Part shown: positions 55,904-64,000 of the stretch, one piece after another
Layout: each line of letters opens with the position of its first letter
Position numbering within the stretch: position 1 is the stretch's first letter
Virus record (IMG/VR): IMGVR_UViG_3300023371_000069
Reading direction: 5' to 3' (one strand)
Source of the DNA: a virus
Taxonomy: Duplodnaviria > Heunggongvirae > Uroviricota > Caudoviricetes
Length of the DNA: 64,000 bases
Translations under genes and position numbers: made by a program
Notes under the pieces: model-generated
Database searches by the model: none
The model's input: only the letters and a program-made list of their open reading frames with translations
What the model was told of the DNA's origin: nothing

Positions 55904-57016
55904 TTAGGCATTAACGTCCTTAACGTTATAGGACATATCAACATAGTTAGAGCTGTCCCAAATAGAGTCAGCCAAATCATACTGACCTAGCAACTCAGTA
56001 TCAGCATAAGCGCAGATGTTATTAGCTAACATAGCAGTTACGCCAACCTTCTTGTAAACCTGAATCTCACGAGAACGGTCAGCATTTACATACTCGTCAA
56101 CGATTGTACCACCCTCGAAAGCAATCTTAACAGGCTTGCTATCAGCACCACTTGGGATGATATAGCAATAACCAGGATTGATTACCTTACGAGTATTGGT
56201 CTCGTCTTCCAAGCCCTGAGGTAGGATGATAACCTTACGTCCCTTGTACATAGCCAAGTGACCAGTATCCCACAACTCTTGCTTCATATTCTCAGTCCAA
56301 CGCCAACCCTGCTCAGGAACCATCTTAACTGCGAACTCATAAGTGCAGTAAATAGAAGGCTCACCATAAGCGGAAGCGATAACCAACAAGTTGTCGAAAG
56401 CCTTTTCATCGAAGCCAGTAGCAACAACAATATTTGCAGGAGGTAACTGGTTAACAGAAGCAGCTAGAGCATGTCCAACTTCCTTCATAATTAACTCATC
56501 CATACCTTCCATAACAATATTAGTTACTTCAGCGAAGTCCACACGACCGTCTAGGAACTCCTCGAATCCAATCTGAGCAGCTCCACCGATAGCAGAAGTA
56601 CGAACTTCGAAGCTCTCTTCTTCTGCAGGACCTAGCTTAAATACTTCGTAAATACCAGCCAATCCAACACGAGTGATGAACTGCTTAGCACGAGAACGAA
56701 CGTCTCTCTTACGACGGAAAATAGGCTTGTCGCCCTGAGCGAACTGCTTAGTCTCGGCGAACTGCATATAAGCCATTTCAACCTTCTTAGGCAGAACCTC
56801 GTCCAAAGTCTCTTCGATAACAGAGAAAATCAAATTCTTGTTATCACGATATAAAGAATAAGTACCAGCCAACTCATTGAACTCACGACGTAGAGTCTCG
56901 TTCAAAGCGGCATAACTAAAGTTTTCACCGTTAAAGCTATAAGACACAGAAGCAGAAGGGTCAGCCTTTGCAACAGTCTTAGCCAACTGTACTAAATTAT
57001 TTCTATCTAAAGCCAT
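55904..57016 (-). CDS. Major capsid protein (370 aa, TAG-free)
   Basis: Size, position after the protease/scaffold gene, a following terminator and codon bias typical of highly expressed genes. Confidence 0.8.
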   Translation of the reverse strand: MALDRNNLVQLAKTVAKADPSASVSYSFNGENFSYAALNETLRREFNELAGTYSLYRDNKNLIFSVIEETLDEVLPKKVEMAYMQFAETKQFAQGDKPIFRRKRDVRSRAKQFITRVGLAGIYEVFKLGPAEEESFEVRTSAIGGAAQIGFEEFLDGRVDFAEVTNIVMEGMDELIMKEVGHALAASVNQLPPANIVVATGFDEKAFDNLLVIASAYGEPSIYCTYEFAVKMVPEQGWRWTENMKQELWDTGHLAMYKGRKVIILPQGLEDETNTRKVINPGYCYIIPSGADSKPVKIAFEGGTIVDEYVNADRSREIQVYKKVGVTAMLANNICAYADTELLGQYDLADSIWDSSNYVDMSYNVKDVNA

Positions 57017-57033
57017 TACTCTTCTCTCCTTTC

Positions 57034-57918
57034 TTACGCAATACGTAGAATCTTAACGCCCTTTTGATGGTCGGGCATAGTATAAACCTTAACAACCTGC
57101 CATTTCATAGCCTGGCTGTTATCCTTAGCCAAGATACCCTTAGCATTAGGTGCCAAAATATCACCAACAGCCAATTCAGACTCAAGAATCATGTTAGTAG
57201 TATAATGGTCACCAACATTAGTCTTGAATACACGAGGTACCATAGTAGTGCCAGTAGGCATCATCTTCTCAGGATGCTTAACAGCACGCAGCTTCATAAA
57301 CAAACGACGACGATAATCTTCCTTAATTTCAGGATTGTTAATATCGTTCATCTCATATGGGTCATAAACAGTAGAAGCGACACCAAAATCGTCAACGCCA
57401 GGATAACTTACTTTACCAGTCTCTTCATCAACAACTGGCGCAACAACATTACCATTAGCGTCAAAAACAGGTCTTGCTTCAAAAGAGCCATTCTTATACA
57501 CTTCGCTAACACCCTGTAGCAAACGAGTAGGTCCATATAGCTCCTCAGCCATCTTGCTGTTATCGCCATCCAATGGACTATAAACACGGGCCTGATAGTT
57601 GCCCTTAATCATTGCGAATTCGCAATCCAACTGATGCTCACGATACAACTTAGTTTCGTTGTAAACCAGCATCCATTCACCAGTATCATGGTCATCAGAA
57701 CCAAAGTTTACAAGGCCAGCTGCATAGTCATACTTAACAAACTGTCCCTGCTCCAGAACCTCAATAGAGGGGTCTGCAGGTAACTGAGCATAAATCTGAG
57801 CAGTGCGCTGTGCAGACAAGTGGTTAGGCTCAACCTGGCCGTAGCCCAGTTCAACATATCCGCCATTCTTCACAGAAGCCTGACTAGTAATATGCTTACT
57901 TAAAAACTCTTTAAGCAT
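57034..57918 (-). CDS. Putative capsid decoration/minor head protein (294 aa, TAG-free)
   Basis: Between scaffold and major capsid genes. YGQVEPNHLSAQRTAQIYAQLPA start and KVYTMPD.QKGVK end. Confidence 0.6.
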   Translation of the reverse strand: MLKEFLSKHITSQASVKNGGYVELGYGQVEPNHLSAQRTAQIYAQLPADPSIEVLEQGQFVKYDYAAGLVNFGSDDHDTGEWMLVYNETKLYREHQLDCEFAMIKGNYQARVYSPLDGDNSKMAEELYGPTRLLQGVSEVYKNGSFEARPVFDANGNVVAPVVDEETGKVSYPGVDDFGVASTVYDPYEMNDINNPEIKEDYRRRLFMKLRAVKHPEKMMPTGTTMVPRVFKTNVGDHYTTNMILESELAVGDILAPNAKGILAKDNSQAMKWQVVKVYTMPDHQKGVKILRIA

Positions 57919-57945
57919 TTCTATATTTCCTCCTTTTAGTTTTTA

Positions 57946-59484
57946 TTACATTTCACTCGCAACAGAACGAATAGCTTTAATCCAAGCTGGAGCATCATCA
58001 TTCATGCCACCATTTAAACTAAAGGTCATTGGGTCTTTGCCATCGTTCTTATCATCATCAAGGTTGAAACTGACCTTGTTGCGAACACATAAAATAGAAA
58101 GCTCTGCTTCAATTTCTTTTGGAGAATATTTGTCAATATTTTCTACGACATCTTTCTTATCTTCATCAGAAAGCATATAGAAACTTGCAATCATCTTCTC
58201 TTTTTCTGCCTTCTCAATACCCTTCTTGAAAGTAGTCAACTCATTTAGCTGGCTCTGTAGAGTAGTGATAGTGGACTGTGCATTAGCATAATCAGTCTCT
58301 AAAGCAGAATATTTATTGCTTAGCTCTACATATTCTTGAATTTCCTCAAGATTGTATTTTTCCTTTTTGCCCTGCTTTTTCTTTTTCTCGTCCTCATCAT
58401 CGGAATCGTCGTCATCCTCGCACTCACACTCGGACTTCTTCTTTCCACACTTAGGGCATTTTTCCTCTTCGCCGCCCTCATCATCGTCGTCCTCGGGCTT
58501 CTTACCCTCGTCCTTCTTTGACTTAGCATATTCAGCAACTGCGGCTGCGTCGAACTGTGGCTCTTCAGCTGGAGTATAATCCTCCAATAACTGAGCCTCG
58601 GCCGCAAACACAACAGAGCCATCTTCGGCAACGGAGAAATCAAGACGATAGTACTTTTCATCGGCAGTTAGAACAGCAAATAGCTTCTGTCCCTCGTCTT
58701 CACAGACACTCTCAATGCCGTAAGTACCTTCTACATGGCTATAAAGAGCGGTCCACAAAGCGTCACCGATTTCAACAGCGTATCTAGTAAACACTTTTTC
58801 TCCTCCTTTATTTAGTAATTCTTTCAATTCGTTCATCATAGAGAATACTTGCTCTTTAAAACCATCAGCAAAAGCGAATTGAATTACAGGGGCACCAATA
58901 GTAGAACCTTCGAAGCAAGGTTCATTATTCACACCCAATGTACAAAGTTTTGAGATAATTGCTTCATTGATAATGAAAAATTTAGGTTCTCCATTACCAT
59001 CTTTTGACCAATGTGCATCAATTGTGTCTTCATCGAGTTCCATAGAATGATTATTACCCTGGGATAAAATTCTACGACACTCGGGATACTGACCAGTCCA
59101 TAGCCAGCCTTCAGTCATCATATATTCACGCTCATTCATTCCATCATCTAAAAACTTTTGAAACCAAACCTTAGCATTTAAATCAACAAATCCATAGGGT
59201 CTAGTTGTATCCTTAATTTCAAACTTACCATTTGAAATATCAATAATGCGGTTATGCTCCTCAAAGTCGCCCTTTTCTTCATTATAAAATCCGACAATAG
59301 GGCAGCCGGGGAGGGAGTTTGCCATTTGTTTAGCAGTCTCCTTGGTAATAATACTTCTATTACGATTTGGTTCATCACCAACATAACACACTTTAATTTG
59401 ACATTTAGAAATCAAAGGATTAAGAGGAGTGATATTGATAAATTCAACAGGTGTGTCCAATTTAATACTTGTATGCATTGGCAT
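57946..59484 (-). CDS. Prohead protease-scaffold fusion (512 aa, TAG-free)
   Basis: N-terminal protease-like part (VCYVGDEPNRN, HSMEL, LCTLG...EPCFEGS), then an acidic/coiled-coil scaffold-like region. Directly after the portal gene. Confidence 0.75.
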   Translation of the reverse strand: MPMHTSIKLDTPVEFINITPLNPLISKCQIKVCYVGDEPNRNRSIITKETAKQMANSLPGCPIVGFYNEEKGDFEEHNRIIDISNGKFEIKDTTRPYGFVDLNAKVWFQKFLDDGMNEREYMMTEGWLWTGQYPECRRILSQGNNHSMELDEDTIDAHWSKDGNGEPKFFIINEAIISKLCTLGVNNEPCFEGSTIGAPVIQFAFADGFKEQVFSMMNELKELLNKGGEKVFTRYAVEIGDALWTALYSHVEGTYGIESVCEDEGQKLFAVLTADEKYYRLDFSVAEDGSVVFAAEAQLLEDYTPAEEPQFDAAAVAEYAKSKKDEGKKPEDDDDEGGEEEKCPKCGKKKSECECEDDDDSDDEDEKKKKQGKKEKYNLEEIQEYVELSNKYSALETDYANAQSTITTLQSQLNELTTFKKGIEKAEKEKMIASFYMLSDEDKKDVVENIDKYSPKEIEAELSILCVRNKVSFNLDDDKNDGKDPMTFSLNGGMNDDAPAWIKAIRSVASEM

Positions 59485-59497
59485 TTTAATCTCCTCC

Positions 59498-61153
59498 TTA
59501 GCTCATAGATTCTTTATTTTGGATAGTCTTTTCAGATTTCTCGGAGTCTGGTTTTTCCGGACGGCCCGCAGATTTCTCAGAAGTCTATCCTCCTGTATTA
59601 GTTTGAGTTTTATTTGTTTGAGTCTAATTAGAATTGCCCCCACCTTTTAAATCTTCCATTTTCATAGTAGAAGACATTAGAGGAGGAATCATAATCTCAC
59701 TCAACTTCATAACTTCATTCTCAAAGTAAGCAGTATTTAAGATAAAGCTCTGGGAGTGACCCAACGCAATTTGGGGTAACATTTTTGAATATCCCATTTG
59801 GACTTGTTCTTTATACATCTTAGCTAACTCTTTATAATTATATTGTGTGGTTTCCAGCATATATAATCTGAAGTTATATTTCTTCTTTGCCCCACTCAAT
59901 GATTGAGTGATTCTATCAAAGAAAATCTCAAATTGTAATAATAATGTGCGTAAAGCAGCTTCATCATTTAAAATAGATTGAGTTAATGCCAAATTACCAT
60001 CGGTATTAAACATATTCTGAGAAATACCAAGAGCATTAAACACACTACGCTCCACTTTAGCTAAATCATCTTGTGAAGTAGTGGTATTTTTATCTGACAT
60101 ATCAATACTATCAATGTCTGCAAATGTGGTCAACACATCGACGCCGACCGCACGCTTTAACATTTGCACAGCATTATTATGAATATCTCTTGCTTCATCA
60201 ACGTCGAAAATCAAATCTCCATTTTTATCCATTGGTAACTTCTGGACTACAATTTTCAACAATTTCTGCATTTGCTTTCTACGGTCCAAATCTTGAGCCG
60301 CATCCAAATCCAGAATTGCAGGAATAGCGTTGATAAATAAAGGGATGTCGGCGGCACCATTGCCACCATTAGCGAAACTGAATTTCACAGTGTTCTGAGG
60401 TTCCAGCATCCACCAACCAGAATCGTCCACCCAACGGCTACCCAAGTAACCACCAACGGTTGGGTCTTGACCAAGAGACTTCTGTCTACTCAACTTTCCA
60501 CTCTTGTAAGCGACATAGCCTTTCTTAAACTCGTCAGGGAACATATTCAATACTTGCATACGGTAAGTGGTGTCTGGAAAAGCCTAATCAAAGAATTTCA
60601 TATTAAATTCAACAACAGGTAAATTACCTTGGTTGAAACGACTACGACAGTAATTAATGGGAAGTTCTTGAATGATTACTCCTTTTGGACTATGAACAAT
60701 ATAGCCATAATAAGCGCCATTCTTCACAACTCCAAGAGCAATATCACCGCAAACTTTAGCGATGTAAGAATTATCAAGATAATGGAGGACTTTATTCAAA
60801 TCAGTTAAAATCTTCTCATTTGTCTTAGCAGCCTCGTCAAATACTTCAGGTACAACATACCAGTCATATCTATACATGGTTGCCGCATAATTACAAACAC
60901 GTTGATAAATACCGCTAGCCTTATAGAAATAATTAGAAATCTCACGCAAACGGACAACATCGTTATCCATCAAAGCACGATAAATAATAGCCTTATTAAT
61001 AACGCCACGGGTAACACCTTGAATCGCGCCAAGATTTAAAACAGCATCATCCAAAGTTTTAGTATTGATTTTAATCTTACCATATTCGGTAATTCGATTA
61101 TCCATCATATTAAAACCTTTTGAACGGATTTCTTCTTGTCTACTCAACTCCAA
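59498..61153 (-). CDS. Portal protein (551 aa with TAG=Gln)
   Basis: TTG start with SD, TAGs at 60584, 59624 and 59585, TAA at 59498. Read-through yields a portal-type tail AGRPEKPDSEKSEKTIQNKESMS. Position after TerL. Confidence 0.8.
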
Positions 61154-61167
61154 AACTCCACCTCCTT

Positions 61168-61524
61168 TTAATATCCTGCTAAATTCATAATATAGTCATA
61201 GGAGATTAAATTTTCGTCAGTATATGGAATTTCAATCAACTTAAAATCATGTAAAGCACAAAAGCGTCGTTTTTGATTATCATTATACTATTGTTGGAAG
61301 AAACCTTTTTTACCACCGAATTTCGCACTAGGCTCATAATGTTGCTTACCTTGATACTCAATAATAAAATCAATTTTTCCATCATCATCAAAAACGACAA
61401 AATCAAATCTTAAAGGGCGACCATTTGGGCTCTTTAAGTCGGGGAAGATATACTCCATTTTAAAGGGGAGTTCAGCTTCCTTTAAGATTTCTTCAATCTT
61501 AATTTCTCCTCTCGAAGCTCTCAT
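61168..61524 (-). CDS. Small PD-(D/E)XK/Vsr-like endonuclease-domain protein (118 aa with TAG=Gln)
   Basis: LRFDF...IIEYQGKQHY...QQ(Q)YNDNQKRRFC...KLIEIPY. The second half of the motif appears only when the TAG at 61288 is read through. Confidence 0.75.
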
Positions 61525-61535
61525 AGTCAACCTCC

Positions 61536-63272
61536 TTAATTGAAGAATGCCCAATCAGCGGCATTAAACTTCTTTTTCTTTTTCTTTTTATCTTCTTCTT
61601 GCTTAATATAATAAAGACCATATTCAAAAGCGGAAAATTTATCTTTCCTAATTCCACGATTAGCTTGTTTTAAGATGATATTTACGCCTTCATTTTCTTC
61701 ACGCAAATTCATCATCTCTTCCTTTAATATGGAAGTTAAGGTAAATGGTTTTAAATATTCTGCCCTTTCCTCAGGCTTCATATTTTGTCCCATTTTAGTT
61801 GCCAATAATTTTTCCTTAGCTCCACGCTCGTCAATAAGGAATTTTACCTTACCGGCTTGTAGCTGAGTCTGCGCATTTGCGTGACACTCAGTATTAATAG
61901 GAGCATTTGCTTTTAGAATATACATAGCATCAAACTCAGTATTTGCAGTTCGATATTTTTTATAATAACCATCTTCATCATTCTCAACACCAAAGTCTGG
62001 GAAGAAGTCACCATTTTCATCTTCTTGAGATTTAATCATATAGTCAACTAATCCAATACCAAGACCATTACCGTCGATTACGATTGTGCGGGCTTTATAC
62101 TTATAATATAATTTCTTAATTCTAATTGCCTGGTCCTCAAAATGTTCATCCGCAAAAGTATAAATATTAACCAAAGACTTAATTGCGGGACCTTGTGCTT
62201 GAGGGGTTACCTTAAATACACAAACAACAGAGTCACATCCCTTACGACCTACGTCAACTGATAGGATATAGTAGGCGTTCGCCGCACTCCTGCCGGAATG
62301 CTCATATTCAGGTTTCTGTAACTTACGATTTCTATCAAAGAACTCACCATTAAAGAATGCATCTTCAACAGTACCAGACCAACGACTCTCATATTCACGA
62401 GCAAAAGAAGCTTCATTGAAAGTTCCGTCATTCTTTAAATCTTTAATAAAATTCGCATCAAGCAATTTGACCAAAACAGGAATTCGCCAAGTACCACCCA
62501 TGATAATTGCTTTTTCAGGCTCGGTTACCATACGAACAAGTAAGGTAATTAATTTATCATATGGGAAAGTATTTTTCCATCCTGCGGTTGTGACATAAAT
62601 CTGACTCTTATTCAGCGTCTCTTCTGGATGAACAGTTCCATCTAAACATCTACGAGAAACGTTAGTGGTAGGAATAATAACTTCAGAAAGGATGGTACCA
62701 TCAACGCCAACACATTCCTCAATTAGTCCTCCATGACGACGCTTACCACGCGAACTCTCACGAGCCGCAATATTATCGAAATAAGAACCATTTTTAAAGA
62801 CATATTTACAATAGTCTTTACCCTCTAGTGTTTTACCTCGACCCCAGTCAATTTCTCGACGGAACGCAGGTACTAGAGTACAAATTTCTTGAACCTTTTC
62901 TTTTACGATGCCAGCTGCCTACTCTTTACCACCAGATGTAACAAATAACTTTGCCCCTGGATATAAAACACAACGGCACATCAAAACCATAATAGAAAGG
63001 AAAGATTTAGAATACGCACGGGGGAATACCATGTAAACATATTTATATCGCATTGCCGCACGTAAGAAAACTCGTTGATAGAAATAAAATTTTAATTCCT
63101 TCTTAACTTCTGGATTACCACCATCTTGTAAGAAGTCAATAAACATATCTGGGTATTCTCGCCAGTAAGCTACATAGTCTCTGGCTACAGGAATTATGGC
63201 ACGCACTCTTTCTTCAGAAAGACCAACCTTTTTACGAGATTGTGATAAATTCAATAAATCCTGCAGTGCCAT
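61536..63272 (-). CDS. terL: Terminase large subunit (578 aa with TAG=Gln)
   Basis: Walker A-like PRAYSKS, TSGGKE(Q)AAGI, Walker B region RGKRRHGGLIEE, coupling motif YVTTAG, and nuclease motifs LSVDVG, IVIDGNG and KDKFSA. Single TAG at 62919, with the gap to 62531 translated stop-free. Confidence 0.92.
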
Positions 63273-63274
63273 AA

Positions 63275-64000
63275 TTATCCACCTAAAATTGATTTTAAGA
63301 AAGCTTCATCATCATCCGCAAGCTCATCTTCGAAATCATTAAAAGCAGTAAAGTCCTCATCATGTAAAACTTTCTCAGCATTATCTTCGAATAGAGAAGC
63401 TTCAAATGCATCTTCGTCCTCAGAACCATCATCGGACTCAAGTTTAGCTTCATTTTCCTTATCTTTTTCAATTTCACGAAGAGCGTGTTCAATCATAGAA
63501 CTCAAGTTAGTCTCTTCATTAATTAAATCGCGTGTATAACTCTGTAAATCTTGTAATGTTCTATCAACTTTATCATTTGGTTCATCAATATAATATCTAG
63601 GAATAAATCCCTCTCTCTCACAGAGAGCAACCAATTCACCAATACTATCAATAAATTCGCCAGACTCAGCTTTATTCTGAGCCGCAGTAAACTTACCAGA
63701 CTTCATTAAACTGTCATAAACTTTACTCATCTTCTGGAAGCCCTCAATATCGCCAATGTCGATTAATTGATTCGCCTTGAGAGATGTCTTACATACTAAT
63801 TTCAAAGTATCAATGTGTCCGGCGCCTTGAATATCATATGATTGCATCATTTCTTCATATAACTATTCAAGTCTAATCCACTCTTCTGGCTTATAGGTTT
63901 TACCCCATTTCAATCGAAGATATGTTCTATCTTCTTCAGTTAAATCATCCACAAAATCGTCTTGGCCTCCACTTTGCTCCGCAAAGTAGTCGTCTCCAGA
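63275..64000 (-). CDS. 5'-truncated gene upstream of terL, candidate terminase small subunit
   Basis: Open from the window edge through the TAG at 63863 (WIRLE(Q)LYEEMMQS) to the TAA at 63275, 2 nt before the terL ATG. Function inferred from position only. Confidence 0.55.

Larger units (their letters stand above)
1..64000 (-). other. Structural (head-tail) gene module of a large siphovirus-like phage using TAG as a sense codon (table 15-like)
   Basis: Canonical order terminase-portal-protease-capsid-connectors-tube-tape measure-tail tip-fibres. Every gene is on the minus strand. ORF-track fragments lie in the same frame, separated only by TAG. Confidence 0.95.

Noticed and set aside
61536-63272. 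Intron or intein in terL (suggested by the gap between ORF fragments)
   Set aside because: The 62531-62918 gap translates without stops into the Walker B and coupling motifs, giving a normal 578-aa protein.
3099-63492. Plus-strand and alternative-frame ORFs in the track (e.g. 42040..42600, 57064..57519, 45496..45846, 9297..9545)
   Set aside because: They are shadows of long minus-strand genes, with no SD context and low-complexity antisense-type translations.
1809-63865. Mass pseudogenisation or a decayed prophage as the explanation for fragmented ORFs
   Set aside because: Every break examined is TAG in the same frame. There are no internal TAA/TGA or frameshifts, and SD sites and terminal stops are intact.
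1-64000. Suppressor tRNA, release factor, lysis genes or CRISPR array
   Set aside because: None was recognised. Intergenic gaps are short and occupied by SD sites, hairpins and promoters. A tRNA scan was not possible.

Overview
The window is the virion morphogenesis region of a large tailed phage. All genes lie on the minus strand, and the SD sites (AAGGAG/GGAGG) and sigma-A-type promoters are consistent with a Bacillota host. In transcription order (64000 to 1) it holds a probable TerS, TerL, a small nuclease, portal, protease/scaffold, a decoration-like protein, major capsid, head-tail joining genes, tail tube, a 3091-aa tape measure protein, tail tip/baseplate genes, a 2683-aa multidomain protein with a CotH-like kinase domain, BppU-like proteins and two tandem fibre plus LamG receptor-binding modules. 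No sheath gene is recognisable, so the tail is probably non-contractile. The supplied ORF track is misleading because the phage reads TAG as a sense codon, almost certainly Gln (translation table 15). I counted about 125 in-frame TAGs by hand. Read through, the fragments fuse into full-length genes ending in TAA or TGA. The TAGs are very unevenly spread: about 50 in the tape measure gene, none in a 12.8 kb five-gene block (7885-20644), none in the capsid/scaffold block or the tail tube. No tRNA, release factor, lysis, integrase, CRISPR or reverse-transcriptase gene was recognised in the window. All domain and function calls come from motif recognition and gene order, not from database searches.
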